Made by a program: the position numbers and the translations under genes
Origin: Eledone cirrhosa
Lineage: Eukaryota
Direction of reading: 5' to 3'
NCBI GenBank assembly: GCA_964016885.1
Contig: OZ024742.1
Span: forward strand, 196,106,001 to 196,170,000
DNA: 64,000 nt
In this document: piece after piece, positions 42,166 through 61,434 of the stretch
Layout: each line of letters begins with the position of its first letter
How positions within the stretch are numbered: the first letter of the stretch is position 1
The notes under the pieces: model-generated
The model's database searches: none
What the model was told of the DNA's origin: nothing
What the model saw: only the letters and a program-made list of their open reading frames with translations

Positions 42166-43171
42166 GGCATATATATATGTATATATATATATATATATGA
42201 ATATATGAATGTTCCTGTCTATGTATTACATACATATATAAACTGGCTAAGATATATTATTAATATATTTACTTGTACAAATAAAATGGGAAACAATGGA
42301 CATAATATAACTGTATAAGCCAGGAGGGTGGAGAGTTGCAGCTTGGCTAGGAGGGAAATCACTTGGAATAAGACTGAACATGCTAGACTTACCGATTGGC
42401 TTCTGGGCACAGTAAGTCATAGTAAAGACAACCTGTCTAGGAGAACTGTCATTCCAAATATTAAATCTGATACAGGAGAGAGAAGATTCTTACTGTATAT
42501 ACTTGAATATAAGCCGAGAAATATATGACCAAAAAATTGGTGGTAGAAGGGGACAGGTTTATATTCAGTTAATATTCTGGCGATTTTTGCCCATTTCTCA
42601 GCCATAAAATAGTGGGGCTGGCTTATACTTGTATCAGCTTAAGCTTATATTTGAGAATATATATATATACAATAAGTCCTGTCAAACCTCTCTAGATAGT
42701 GCTGGTGCCACAATAAAATACACAGTCCATGCTGTACAATGGTTGGTCATAAGAAGGGCATCTAGCCAGAAAAACCTCTGCCAAAAATTATGAAAAACAC
42801 AACTTATAACATAAAATATACATGTGTGTATGTGTGAAAGTGGTTATTGTTTTTAATGTTGTTTGTGATGATGTTATTGTTATTATTGTCATTTCTGCTG
42901 TTGTTGTTGTTGTAGTATTTATCTCTACTATTTAGATCTTCACCTTCCACAACAATAACAATATAACAACAAATGCAACCACAATAACAGCAGCAGCAGC
43001 AGCAGTAACAACTACAACAGCAGCAGCAATAACAAAAACTACATCATCAATAACTACTACAACAACACCAATAATACCAACTCTAGTTTCAAGATAAATC
43101 TCTCAACTTTATCTCAACCAACTCTCATTTTTATTGACTTTAGATTCTTTTCTTGCTTATCATGTTGTTGG

Positions 43172-43210
<39 letters not shown>

Positions 43211-44304
43211 GGTAGGTGTTGTAGCTGTGATGATGATGGTTGTTGTTGTGGTAGTGATGATTGTTGTTGTTGTAGCTGTGATGCTGATGGTGGTTGTTGT
43301 GGTGGTGGTGGTGATAATGATTGTTGTTGTTGTAGCTGTGGTGATGATGTTAGTGGTTATTCTTGCTGTTGTTGTGGTGGTAGTAATGATGAGGGTGGTG
43401 GTGATGTTGATGGTGGGGGTGGTGGTGGTGGTGGTGGTGGTGGTTGTTTTCCTAATTTTAATATATCTACTGACATTCACTTACTGATTAATCTGGTGTA
43501 GATAATTCGTCACTGCCACCACCATCACCACCATCACCACCATCATTGTTGTTATAGTATTTATGCAGGACATAACGAAGCAGTGGCTTGGTTATGTCAA
43601 ATGTGAAAAGCAGACACGCACATACAAACTTCTCTTTATGTGTGTGTGTATATATATATATAAAAAGAGAGAGAGAGAGATCAGGATTAAACCAGTATTA
43701 AACTAGTTAGACCATTATTTAACAGAGTACTAAATACTTGGAGAGTAGAGTGTGACTATATTAGAAAGAGTTGGGGCCCGACAGCTGAGCTCTAGCCTTT
43801 TCTAGAGTCTGGAACTAGCTGTTGAAATGGCAAGAGCTCAGCCGTCAGGCCTCAACTCGGACGCTAAACCTGATGATGATGATGATGATGATATACACAC
43901 ATACAGAGAGAGAGAGTTTCCACCTACCTTTTCTACTCACAAGATATTGGTCAGCCTGTACCTGGTATTTGTGGATTTGAAGATGTCCTTTCCAATGGCG
44001 GGTGCCACAAAAATTGCACCTCTTATACCCTGTAAGGTGGATGGTGGTCGGAAGGGCATCAAGCTGTAAAAGCCATGTCAAACAATAGGTAGAAAGACCT
44101 TTTCAGTTGTATCAAGGGCATAGCAACCTTCCTAGTGCTGGTCTCATGATAAAATGTACAGTGCACACTGTATAATGCAGGAATGTATGGAAACCCTTGA
44201 CTCATCTGAGAGGTCAGTAGCCCTGCTTGAGTAGTGACTTGGTCAACAAGGACCCATTCAACCTTTACTAGCATTGAAAATGAACTTTAAAGAATAACAA
44301 AGAA

Positions 44305-44905
44305 AGAGAGATTAAGCATAAGAGGTATCAAATGTTTTGTGCAGGAGAGGAGATTGCGTTGGTATGAACATGTGATGCATATGAAGGACAACAGTTGTAT
44401 AAAAAAAGTGCAGAGCGATGAAAATTGATGTAGACCAAGAAAAACCCGGGACTAGGTGATAAAAACTGACCTTGATCACTTACCCCTCTTTAAGACAATG
44501 TCACTGGAATGAGAGCTTGGGCACTATGCAGTTATACAGAAGACTCGCCTTCACTTACATACAAACTTAAACCTATAGTCAGTAGGCACCTCTTAACCCC
44601 ATATACACCCCACCCCACACACCCTACTCCATCCTCCCATTTCCGTCCACTGTAAAGTGGTCATGTAAGTGACACAACAAAATGCACCCAGTCTCCACTG
44701 TAAAGTGGTCGTGTAGGAGACACGGTAAAAGGCTCCCGGTCCACACAGTAAATGTAGTTGGTGTTAGGAAGCGCATCCAGCCGTAGAAAACCTACCAGAA
44801 ACAGTTCTGTATGAGCGAGATACGATCTCCCGACCAATCTTGCCCCAAATGGGACAAAACCGTGCAACCCATGCTAGCATGGAAGATGGACGTTAAATGA
44901 TGATG
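44305..44905 (+). mobile_element. RTE LINE 3' fragment with UTR and (ATG)n tail
   Basis: Colinear with 32600-33260. Confidence 0.75.
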
Positions 44906-45127
44906 ATATATATATATATGAAACCATCATCATATATATTGATAGATAGATAACCCCATCATTTAAGATCTGTTTTCACTGCTCGCTAAGGTTAGACAAG
45001 TCAGTACTCAAGTGGGGCTACTGACCACATCTTGCCAACATACAATCCCACACTCTACCAAGTACAGTTTATCATGGCACCAGTGCTAGCAAAGTTATGT
45101 CTTTAACACAGCTAATATATATATATA

Positions 45128-45545
45128 TTATACTGCATGGTAGTGAAACATGGGCTGTGACTACAAAGGACATGCATAGACTGGCGAGAAATGAAGCAAC
45201 CATATTTCGTTGGATGTGCAATGTAAATGTGAGAGAAAGGCAGAGCTTGGATGAACTGAGGGAGAAGCTGGGCTTAAGAGGAATCCGAGATGCTATGTAA
45301 GAGAAAAGACTGCATTGGTATGGGCATGTGATGCACATGGACAATATCCGATAGGTGAAGAAATGCCAGGAAATCCCAGTGGAAGATGACCAAGAAAGAT
45401 CTGAGTAGATGTGAGAGCAGACCTCAAATCACTAAGACTAGTAGAGGAGATGACTAAGGAATACAACAAGTGAAGAGATGCCATGCTGAGATGAACCCGT
45501 CCAACCCATGCAAGCATGGAAAAGCAGACGTAAAAACAATGATGA
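45128..45545 (+). mobile_element. RTE LINE 3' fragment
   Basis: LHGSETWAVTTKDMHRLARNEATIFRWMC. Confidence 0.75.
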
Positions 45546-46677
45546 TATATATATATATATATAAGCAGGGAAAACGGACATTAAATGATGCTGATGATAA
45601 CAACAAAAAGCACCCAATAAGGCAGTCATGCTGGTAATACAACAAAAAACATCCAGTCCGCCCTGTAAGGTGGTTGTACTGGTGATACAACAAAATGCAC
45701 CCAGTCCGTCCTGTGTGTGGTGGTGGTGGTGGTGGTAGTGGCGGAGGTGGTGGTGCAGCAGCAGCAAGCTGTAGAAACCATCTTAAAAATGGAATGTGAG
45801 AAATTGTGAGTTCAATTCCTGGACTAGACAATGCATTGTGTTCTTTATTTCACATTAGGGACCCTATCATTAGACCACCCTAGAAACCTATGAAATTCAA
45901 CCACATAGAAGGCCAGATAACCTGCATAGGTATGGGCCGTAAATTTCATTCTATACACACATGCACAGACAGACACACAGACAAACAACACACACCTACT
46001 CACATAATGTCTGTATGTGTATATTGACAATATATATATTGTCAATAGAGTTATTTTTGTTCTGGTCTAAAATAAAACTCGAGGAAAGTATGTTAAACTG
46101 ATAGAAGCTGCAGAAGATATTGCCGGAGTCTCTAGAATATTCTGGTTTCTCTGCTGTTTAGTCTTGTAATGGGATCTTTCTCTAATAGAATGGTTTCACG
46201 TTCAAAGAGGTGACACTTCTGACACACACACACACACACACACATGTGATAACTTACTAAAGACCTCCTATTACTGCTGCTGCTGCTACTACTACTACTT
46301 CTACCACCACCACTATTACAACTACTATCACCACTACCACTACTACCACCACCACCACCACCACTACCACTACCACTACTACCACCACTACTACCACCAC
46401 CATTACTACCACCACTATCATCACCACCATTACTACCACCACTATCACCACAATTACTACCACCACCACCACCACTACTACCACCACCACCACTACCACC
46501 AAATACTGTAAAGCATTTTGCTCAATACTCTACTGCTGCTGCTAATTCACCACCATATAATAATTGTTTCTGCATATAGCACAAGGCCAGCAATTTAAAG
46601 AAATGGGTAGGTTGATTAAATTGACCTCAGTATATTACTGGTACTTTATTTTATCAACCCCATGAAGATGAAAGGCA

Positions 46678-49790
<3,113 letters not shown>

Positions 49791-50256
49791 TGAGACAGCT
49801 AAAGAAGAAAAAATATCAGACTTTTCTAAATATTGTTTCACTAACCCTTTCATGAACATATTTCTAATGAAATACACTCTTTTTCAATAATCTATGAAAC
49901 AGTTTGAGTGATATATTAAAATTATTGATTATTTCATTGCTAAGATATTAACTTAACATATGGTTCTTATATAGAATTATGTTGGAAGATTTTAATTTAA
50001 ATAGAAACCATTTAAAATGTGTGGCTTTGTTTCATAGAACAAGAGGCAGTTTTGGTTGGGTTGATATCAATAGGAACCCTTTAAAATAGGGAGTTTTATT
50101 TCATAGAACTATGGCTGGTTTTGGCCAGGTTGGCATTAACAGGGTTAATTTATTCTTTACCATTTGTGAGGTAGAAAAATGTGTTTTGAGGATGTTTTTG
50201 TAATTCTATTTCTTCAACTGTTATTTCAATCTGGATTTTTTTTCTATCTTTTTCAG

Positions 50257-50294
50257 AGATCTGAAACCAGAAAACATTTTATTAGATGATTTTG
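50257..50294 (+). CDS. GRK5: GRK exon, catalytic loop, 38 bp
   Basis: (R)DLKPENILLDDF(G); tttcag acceptor, gtaagt donor. Confidence 0.96.
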
Positions 50295-51022
50295 GTAAGT
50301 ATGCTGAAGATATGCTAGGTTCCAACCACACTCCTTTAATGGTCATGGTGTGTAAGGTTCAAACTACATAACTCTAATGGTCAAGGTGTGTTAAGTCCCA
50401 ACCACACACCTTTAATTGTCATGGTGTGTTAGGTTCCAACCACATAACTCTAATGGTCAAGATTTGTTGAGTTCCAACTACATTACTTTATTGGTTTGTT
50501 TGTTTTTACTGTTTTATCAAGGAGGGAAGGGCAGTATCGATGGTCTTTTTCAGGACCTCCAAGACTTAGTGTGTGTGTGTGTGTGTGAAGAGGGGGGGGG
50601 GGGGTCATATGTCCTCAAACTGGAGACCTGGTCTGAATACTTACAACAGAGTAGACTCTATTAAAGGCAACTATAGGCCAGGTGGCTGTGTTAAACTGGG
50701 TGACACATTAAGTCTACCACCCAAGTGAGCCACAGAGTGATTTGAACTCAGGACACAAAGAGCTGGAACAAATACTACCCACCATCTTCTCCACCACTGC
50801 CCTAGACTGTTACCTTCTTATTTACTCTAGAATGATAAAAGATGAAGTTGACTATGGGAAGATTTGAACTCAGAACACTGGAACTAGAATAAATATTGCA
50901 GCATAATTTATCTAATGTTTTAACTCTTGTGTCAGTTTGTCAACTTTAACTCCTATACCACATGAAACTGCATTAGTAAGACAGTCTTGAAAGATATAAA
51001 ACAGCATTGTGACTACATCACA

Positions 51023-51227
51023 TTAACCCTTTAGCATTTAAACTGGCCATATCCAGCCAAAATTCTCTCACCTCTCTCTGTTCAAACTGGCTGTAACCAG
51101 TCGCTCATACTGATGTTACGGTATTGTTCTCAAAATAAATAATATCAAAATATCATAGATCTGATATTATGTGAGATAATTAAAATACAATAGTAAATAT
51201 GGAGTAATGTAAATGCTGAAGAGTTAA
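51023..51227. mobile_element. TTAA-flanked MITE (piggyBac-like termini)
   Basis: TTAA-CCCTTTAGCATTTA ... TAAATGCTGAAGAG-TTAA; second copy at 61722-61945. Confidence 0.7.
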
Positions 51228-51701
51228 ACAAATTCTTTACTCTAATACTGCCACTTTTCACAACAATCTGTCCTCTCGTAAAGATATTATAAATATATCA
51301 ATTAACAAACCTGTTTTTAGTTACTTTTTCCTAAATCATTACAGAATGTTAGGGGTTAAGCCAATTCTATGGGAAAAATCTTACTTGCTGCTGTTTATCT
51401 TGGACTACATTATCTAATGTATCTTTTCTTTCTCTAAAGAAAATAGTGTGTAAGATGAGAGGTATTTAGATATAGTGTATCTTGGACTACATTATCTAAT
51501 TCATACTTCATTTCTCTAAAGGAAATAAGGTGCGAGACAAGAGATATTTGGTTGTTATTTCTAGAAACCTAAGCAGCCATATAGAATGCTACCTGATATG
51601 TGTTTTTAATGTGCTTGAGTCTGTGTGTCTATATGTGTGTGATTCTTATGTCTGGGTCTGTTCAGTTAGAGAACATCATGATAAACTCTCTCTCTCTCTC
51701 T

Positions 51702-51863
<162 letters not shown>

Positions 51864-52359
51864 TAATATTTTCATATATACATGTGTGTATGTGCATATA
51901 CACATCCATGTGTATATATATATAGATTTAACCTCAAACTATTTGTCATATATATCATCATTATCATCCTTTAATGTCTGTTCTTGCTACTAAGGGTTGG
52001 ATTGGTCATCACAGACCATGTCTATTGTAATCTGAGCTAATGACCCTCTCAGACTGACATCTCCCTTACATACCTTCCTGTACTCAACAGTGTGCACTGG
52101 GTGCATTTTTCATGGTACCAACACCAGAGTGGTTATCATATCCTCAGCTGTAATAGCAGGTCCTCTCTATCCTGTGTTGTCTCTCTTCAATTGTCAACCA
52201 CTTTAGAGTGTACTGTGTGTATTTTATCATGAAACCAACACTAGAGTGTTTGTCATATCTTTGGTTCAACTGTAGATTTCTCTCAACCCTATGATTGGCA
52301 GAGTTTTTATGCCTAGATGCTCTTCCTAATGCTTTATTCTATAAAATGTCATCGTCTTC

Positions 52360-52750
52360 ACCCACTTATTCCTGAGAGGGTGGTGGGGACAGACTCCTCA
52401 AACACTCCTTCCAGTGGGTCTTGTCAGAAGCAACCATCTCCAACTGATTTGGCTGGATCCCCAATTTTGACCAGCTAAGCTCATGGAAGTTATCCAACCA
52501 TCTTGCTCAGGGTCTACCCCTGGGTCTCTTTCCAGTTGGTTTCACTCATAAAATCTGTCCAGTGATTCTTTCCTGACACATTCTAACCACATGCCCATAG
52601 TATTGGAGCTGTGATCTCTCAATTCGGGGAAGTAATGGCTCTACCTAGAGCAACTCCCTGATCTCCAAGCTATACACTCTATCAAGTAACATTACTCTAA
52701 AGACCTTTTGGAAGAACCCCATTTCAGCCACTTGCATTCGCAATCATATT
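52360..52750 (-). mobile_element. RTE-like LINE 3' fragment
   Basis: Reverse complement is similar to 23905-24250 (RSQLRYYGHVVRM). Confidence 0.7.
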
Positions 52751-52897
52751 CTCATTCATCATCATCATCATCATTGTTTAACATCCATCTTCCACGCTAG
52801 CATGGGTTGGACGTTTTTGTCCCACTTGAGGCAAGATTGGTCAGAAGACCGTGTCTCACTTGTACAGAACTGTTTCTGGCAGGTTTTCTACGGCTAG

Positions 52898-53056
<159 letters not shown>

Positions 53057-53614
53057 TAACTTTACATTTTCTGTGATAATTCAGTCAAATTTATTCTAAC
53101 ATCCCAAATAAGCAATACAGTCTTAGCTATTGACACTTACTCTCAGGTCTCAAATAATTGTCACCATTGCCTCTCCTCCTTGTTTATTAATTTTCAGATT
53201 TTTTCCATCCCCACCCTCCTACTTATTAGATTTTGCTAATCTATCTCCAGCGAAATTTTATTTTATGTGCTAGCATTCCTGCTACAATTAATTTTCTTTA
53301 TACATTAAAAAACATTATACAAGTAAAAAAAAAAAAAAGTGCATTACTACGTTTAAAAAAATCAACATAGACAACCTAGAAAAATTGACGATCCCCCCCC
53401 ACTATTGTTTAGGATCTGAGAGTATGACATTAGCTGGGTTATTTTAAAATATATATTATTATCATAGCCTCATTTATTAACTCTTAGCATCCTGTAATAA
53501 TTTAGCAGAAAATGAAAATATCTAAAATTGGGTTTAATTCAAATGTTTATAGTACCTTTACTGGTAACCAGATCATTGTGAAAATGAGCAGTATTAAAGT
53601 AATGATTATAATGT

Positions 53615-53854
53615 TTAACCCTTTAGTTACTAACCTGGCCAAAACCAGCTCTGGTTCCATGAAATAAAACCACCTCTTTTAAAGGTTTCCAATTTAAATT
53701 AAAATCTTCCAACATAATTTTATATAAGAACCTTACATGAAGTTACTATCTTGGTAATGAAATAATGAATGATTTTAATAAATCCATCAAAATTCTTCAT
53801 TAATTAATTAAAATAGAATGTATTTCATCAGAAATGCAGTCATGAAAGGGTTAA
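53615..53854. mobile_element. TTAA-CCCTTT...AAAGGG-TTAA MITE
   Basis: Termini seen directly; relatives at about 49842-50148, 40195-40405 and 61434-62067. Confidence 0.6.
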
Positions 53855-53969
53855 TGTGATGCAATCATAGTGCTGTCTTATACATTTCAAAAATGTCATA
53901 CTAATGAGGTTTCATGCAGTACAGGATTTGCTGGATTACTTTTAAACACACACTATCAGCATGATTTGA

Positions 53970-54227
<258 letters not shown>

Positions 54228-54809
54228 TGATATCACCTATGTTGTGTACAATTATGTGTCTAAGTGTGTGTCTGTGTGAGAGAGTATATAGTTATGACTG
54301 TGTCTATCTATATGTCTGTCTGTACTTAACTCTCTTAAGTCTTCATGTGTATGTATGTGTTTGTAGATATGTCTATGGGCTTCTTAGTTATGTTCTTTTA
54401 TGTGAATATATGTGTGCAATGTTTTCTACATATGTTTGTTCATATGTATGTGTATGTATCTCACTACGAGCTGGTTTGCTTTGTGTGAGTATAACTGAAT
54501 TCATGATAAGAAAAGTGATATGGTTTACTGATTTTGTGTTCAATCTAACAATAAATAGATCTGAGAACTAATGTTGACTGAATATATTTCCAAATCTATT
54601 AACTCTTAATATTCTGTAATGATTTAGCAGGTTTATTAATTGAAATATTTATGATATCTTTACTAGTGGACAGATTGAAAATTTGCAGTATTAAAGACTT
54701 TAATTTGTAATGAGATGCAGTCATAGTCCGGTTTTGTACTTTTCCATATTGCCCTGCTAACGTGGTTTCATGTTGTACAGAGTGTTAAGAGTTAAACTAA
54801 TGTAACAAA

Positions 54810-55642
54810 ATATATTACCAGATCTGTTGAACCGATGTTGACTAGTTTTATTATCAGATTTATTGAACCAATGTTGACTAGTTATATTACGAACCAATGT
54901 TGGCTAGTTATATTCCCAGATCTGTTGAACCAATGGACTAGTTATATTACCAGATCTGTTGAACCAATGTTGACTAGTTATATTACCAGATCTGTTGAAC
55001 CAATGTTGGCTAGTTATATTACCAGATCTGTTGAACCAATGTTGGCTAGTTATATTACCAGATCTGTTGAACCAATGTTGACTAGTTATATTACCAGATC
55101 TGTTGAACCAATGTTGACTAGTTATATTACCAGATCTGTTGAACCAATGTTGGCTAGTTATATTACCAGATCTGTTGAACCAATGTTGGCTAGTTATATT
55201 ACCAGATCTGTTGAACCAATGTTGACTAGTTATATTACCAGATCTGTTGAACCAATGTTGACTAGTTATATTACCAGATCTGTTGAACCAATGTTGACTA
55301 GTTATATTACCAGATCTGTTGAACCAATGTTGGCTAGTTATATTACCAGATCTGTTGGACCAATGTTGGCTAGTTATATTATCAGATTTATTGAACCAAT
55401 GTTGACTAGTTATATTACCAGATCTGTTGAACCAATGTTGGCTAGTTATATTCCCAGATCTGTTGAACCAATGTTGACTAGTTATATTACCAGATCTGTT
55501 GAACCAATGTTGGCTAGTTATATTACCAGATCTGTTGAACCAATGTTGGCTAGTTATATTACCAGATCTGTTGAACCAATGCTGGCTAGCTATATTACCA
55601 GATATATTGAACCAATGTTGGATAGTTATATTACTAGATCCA
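54810..55642. repeat. 36-bp minisatellite, about 23 copies
   Basis: GTTATATTACCAGATCTGTTGAACCAATGTTG(A/G)CTA. Confidence 0.96.
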
Positions 55643-55667
55643 CCATTATTATCACTACTACTAAAGG

Positions 55668-55850
55668 TGGTGGATTGGCAGTATCGGTAGAGGGTCGGAC
55701 GCCATGCTTTCCAATATAGTTGCGTCCCTTTACGATCTGAGTTCAAATCCCGCCGAGGTTGACTTTGCCTTTCATCCTTACGAGGTCGATAAAATAAAGT
55801 ACCAGTAATGCACTGGGTAATTGCTGGCCTTGAGCCTAAAGTAGAAACAA
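55668..55850 (+). mobile_element. SINE of the second family
   Basis: Matches 33790-33972. Confidence 0.8.
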
Positions 55851-56202
55851 TTATTATCACTACTACTAGCACAAACACTATCAATGCTACCATCACCACC
55901 ATCACTACCAATACCACCATCAGCACCGCTGCTACCAATACCACCATCACCACCACCACTACCAATACCATCATCATTACCACCAAAGCCAGCTTTATTA
56001 GAGGAAATGGAGATCTTACTGTTTTCTCCAGTCTCATTCAACTTCCAACATCAAATTTAAAACTAAAAAAAATAAACTTTAAAAAAAAGCATTAATAATT
56101 ACCTTTGTTATTTATTTGTTTTCTCACTGATGAAGTTAGCTTTTCAATTTGTCTTTCAAATTATTCCAAGTTACACTGTATTATTGAAAGTTGTGACTAG
56201 TG

Positions 56203-57068
56203 CTGGTTGTTATTTACTGTGGTTGTGTTGTGTTATTTACTGTGGTTGTGTTGTTGTTTACTGTGGTTGTGTTGTGTTATTTACTGTGGTTGTGTTGTGT
56301 TATTTACTGTTGTTTACTGTGGTTGTGTTGTGTTATTTACTGTGGTTGTGGTTGTGTTGTTATTTACTATGGTTGTGCTGTGTTGTTATTTACTGTGGTT
56401 GTGCTGTGTTATTTACTATGGTTGTGCTGTGTTGTTATTTACTGTGGTTGTTGTTGTTATTTACTGTGGTTGTTGTTGTTATTTACTGTCGTTGTGATGT
56501 GTTGTGTTATTTACTGTGGTTGTGCTGTGTTGTTATTTACGCGTAGAGTTATGGTCTTTGCCATTCTGAGTTCAAATCCCGCCGAGGTTAACTTTGCCTT
56601 TCATCCTTATGGGGTCGATAAAATAAAGTACCAGTAATGCACTGGGTAATTGCTGGCCTTGTGCCAAAAGTAGAAACATTTATTTACTGTGGTTGTGCTG
56701 TGTTGTTATTTACTGTGGTTGTGCTGTGTTGTTATTTACTGTGGTTGTGCTGTGTTATTTACTGTGGTTGTGCTGTGTTATTTACTGTGGTTGTGCTGTG
56801 TTATTTACTGTGGTTGTGCTGTGTTGTTATTTACTGTGGTTGTGCTGTGTTGTTATTTACTGTGGTTGTGCTGTGTTATTTACTGTGGTTGTGCTGTGTT
56901 ATTTACTGTGGTTGTGCTGTGTTATTTACTGTGGTTGTGCTGTGTTATTTACTGTGGTTGTGCTGTGTTGTTATTTACTGTGGTTGTGATGTGTTGTGTT
57001 ATTTACTGTGGTTGTGCTGTGTTGTTATTTACTATGGTTGTGCTGTGTTGTTGTTTACTGTGGTTGTG
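56203..57068. repeat. 23-26-bp minisatellite (TTATTTACTGTGGTTGTGCTGTG) interrupted by a truncated SINE at about 56543-56678
   Basis: Direct. Confidence 0.92.
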
Positions 57069-57996
57069 GTAGAAAGAATGGAGCTGGGGCTCCTTGTAAT
57101 GTTGTTTAATTAATACAATTCTGTTTGAATATTTGTTGAAATGTTGCAGCTATTTGTTGTCATGGTTTCATGATGTATTGAGTTTCTGTGAAACTGTCTT
57201 TGTTCATTGATCGGGGGGGTAATTCAATAGAAACAGTACTGTTCTGACTAGAATATTGATCTGAACAGACAATGTGACCTCTTTCATTGTTTTTATTGAT
57301 TCTATTTCACTAGCTTTGCTAATTATTATCTTCTTTTCTCTCATTAGTAAAATCACAGACTAGATACATCATTCTATCTAGTTAGAAATCACATCTATTG
57401 TATAACTTATCTGTTATATATTTCATCTGTTATGTATAACTCATCTATTATATATAACAGATGAGTTATATACAACAATATCTGATGTATATCTCCGCTA
57501 TTATATATGACATCTGTTGTATACCATAGTTGGTGTATCACATTTGCTGTATATCACATCTACTAGATATTTAATTCATTGGTTATCACATCTGTTAGAT
57601 AGGGCAATTGTTGTCAAACCACTCACAAACAACTATTGACCTACTGACAGCTATTGTCCAGTCACTCACCTGTGTCTGTGTGTCGATCTCGCTACTGGTG
57701 TGTCTGTCTATACCTGTATTTATGTGTGTATCTGTCTTTCTGTGCCCTTGTCTGTTTGTCTCTATCTGCACCTATGTGTGCATGTATCTATATCTATGTG
57801 TGTGTCAATATCTTTGTCTATATCTATGTCTATATGTGGCTGTGTATATATGTTTATGTATATGTGTCTATATGTCAGTGTCTGTATATGTATCTATATG
57901 TCTATGTCTCCATATCTATGTTGTCCCCTTCCTCCCATAAACCATCACCTGCCATACTATTTTTCACGCTATTACATTATATTCCTGTCATTGCAG

Positions 57997-58134
57997 CTTT
58001 TAGATAAAGATCCCAATAAACGTCTTGGAAGTTCTCAAGCAGGTTACAAAGATGTCAAAGCTCATGTATTCTTCAAAAATATTAACTTTAAACGATTGAT
58101 GGCTGGGTTATATCGATCACCGTTTGTTCCAGAT
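57997..58134 (+). CDS. GRK5: GRK exon, subdomain XI to AGC tail, 138 bp
   Basis: LLDKDPNKRLGSSQAGYKDVKAHVFFKNINFKRLMAGLYRSPFVPD; ttgcag acceptor, gtaagt donor. Confidence 0.95.
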
Positions 58135-59194
58135 GTAAGTGGCTCATTTCTCTTTTGTTTTGTGAGTTCATCATCAACATTATCATCATTTTACGTCCTT
58201 GTTCCACACTGGAATGGGTTGGACAGAATGAGTGAAATAAATGCAATCTTGCTCATTACATTCCATATTTGGCATGGTTTCTATGGTTGGAAGGATTTTT
58301 TTTATGACATCCATACTGCCACATTACAGAGTGTACTTAGTGTAATTTATTGTGGTAGCAGCACTACCATTTTACAGAGTGTACTGGGTGTAATTTATTG
58401 TGGTAGCAACCCTACCATTATACAGAGTGTATTGAGTGCATATTATCATGGCACCAGTACTAGAGAGGCCAGGCTAGAAAGTCCTTTTCAATCATATTGT
58501 TTCCATTCAATTTCAATTGTCAAACACTGTAGCCTCCAGTCTCTCCCCATGTGTACATTTAGTGTTGCAGTGCTTGTACTGGTGGACAGGTCTTTTGTAT
58601 TATGGCATATCACCAATAAGCTTGGTCCTGTGTCAGCTCTTTTGTGAAGTTTCTTGAGGTCGTTCCTCACAACTTTGTCCCATAACACTACAGTAAGTAT
58701 GACAATATAGCTAGATACATTTAGTATCAAACCGAGCACCTTTAAACATTAGAGTTAATAGGTATATTTATATGTCATCATCATTTGGCATCCATTCTGC
58801 CTACTAGTAAGAGTTGGATGAGTTGTTGGTACTAACCTCTCAGATGAGCTAATGGCTGCATCTTGCTTACAAATGTTCCCACACTCAACAGAGTGTACTA
58901 AGTGCGTTTTATTATGACACCAAAAGACTACCACCAACCACTTAATAGTGTATTGAATGTATTTATCATGTCACTAACACTTAAGAGGTTGTCAAACCCT
59001 CAACTTAACTGAAAAGTCTTCTTGAACCTTTTTAGCATGGTCTCTACAGGTGAATGCTCTCTTTATCACCAGTCACCTTAGATGTTGTTTATCTATCTAT
59101 ACATATATATTATTATCATCATCATCATCACCACTGTTTAACGTCCATTTTTACGCGCTAGCATGGGTTAGATGATTTGTCTAGATATAAGTTC

Positions 59195-60065
59195 AAAAAG
59201 TTCAGAGAGCTTATACCACTATTAGCCGCTAAAGGGTTCTCCCTAAAAATGAAAGGCAGGTTGTATGATGCCTGTATACGAACAGCAATGCTGCATGGCA
59301 GTGAGACCTGGGCATTGTGTGCAGAGGATATACGCAGACTAGAGAGGAACGAAGCTTGCATGCTCCGCTGGATGTGTAATAGTAATATACGTGAACGGCA
59401 AAGCATAAACGAACTAAGGGAAAAATTAGAAATAAGAGGGATCAGATGTTGTTTACTCGAGAGAAGGCTACGTTGGTATGGTCACGTGATGCGCATGAAA
59501 GACGACAGCTGTATAAAAAAGTGCAGGGCAATAAAGATAGACGGTAGCCACGGAGTAGGCAGACCCAGAAAAACCTGGGATGACTTAATAAATTCCGACC
59601 TCACACACTTACATCTCTCCAAGACAATGTCACTGGACCGAGATCTTTGGTGGTACTCAGTAATAGAGAAGACCCGCCTTACCTAAATACAAAGTAAAAC
59701 CTACTACAGTCAGTAGGCATCTCTAACAAAATACACCCCCGTCCCACCACCCCCATCCCATCCACACCGCCCCTTTCAATGTAAAGTTATGTTGGTGCCA
59801 CAACATCCAGGCCGAAACAAATGAGATCGTGTAGGTGTCACGACAAAAAAACACAGTCCACGCTGTAATGTGGCCGTGTAGGCAACACGGTAAAAACCTC
59901 CCAACCCCACACTGTAAATGTGGTTGGTGTTAGGAAGGGCATCCAGCTGTAGAAAACCCGCCAGACAGTCCTATGCGAGCAAGGCAACCACTCTTGCCTC
60001 AAGTGGGAAAACTCTCGTCCAAACCCATGCAAGCGTGGAACATGGACGTTAAACGATGATGATGA
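59195..60065 (+). mobile_element. RTE-clade LINE 3' fragment with UTR and (ATG)n tail
   Basis: ORF 59177-59686 is nearly the same as 32287-32889. Confidence 0.88.
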
Positions 60066-60077
60066 TATAATTTTAAA

Positions 60078-60559
<482 letters not shown>

Positions 60560-60563
60560 ATCT

Positions 60564-60888
60564 GGCTTAGTGGTTAGAGCATTGGTCTTGCAATCGAAAG
60601 GTTGTGAGTTCAATTCTCAGACCGGGTGATATGTTGTTTCCTTGAGCAAGACACTTTATTTTCACATTGCTCCAGTTTACTCAGCTGTAGAAATGAGATG
60701 ATAGGGCCTGGGGTCCATATCATTCCACTGTAAAGTGGTCGTGGAGGTGCCACGGCAAAAAAGCACCCAGCACTCACTGTAAATGAGGTTGGTGTTAGGA
60801 AGGGCATCCAGCTGTAGAAACCAAGCCAAAATCAGTTCCCGTCCCACCCTTGCAAGCAGGGAAAAGCGGACGTAAAATGAAATGATGA
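60564..60888 (+). mobile_element. tRNA-derived SINE with RTE-type tail
   Basis: Matches 39251-39572. Confidence 0.85.
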
Positions 60889-61233
60889 TATATTTAATAT
60901 AATGAACTGAAACTAGTTAATTAACTAAAATTACACTTTTAGTGAGGTAAGAAAAATCCATTATGATTACTTCTGGTCAAAACCAGTCCTTTACAATTGT
61001 TGACCAGTCCCTCACAATTGTTGACCAGTCTCCCACAAATGTTGACCAGTCTCCCACAGATGTTGACCATCATTCAGTCTGTTGTCATAAATTACATCCA
61101 ATATTTACATTATTTTTCATGTCAACCTCTCTCTCTCCCCTCTCCTCTCTCCCTCTCCTCTCTCTCTCCCTCTCTCTATATATATATATACACACACACA
61201 CACCACCTCATTGTCTCTATTCTCTCTTTCTAG

Positions 61234-61434
<201 letters not shown>

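Noticed and set aside
50257-50294. 38-bp exon equal in length to the 38-bp acceptor repeat
   Set aside because: No sequence similarity between them; the match in length appears coincidental.
54835-56037. 294-aa and 377-aa repeat ORFs on opposite strands
   Set aside because: A 36-bp intronic minisatellite that happens to be stop-free; it runs into a SINE and has no splice or homology support.
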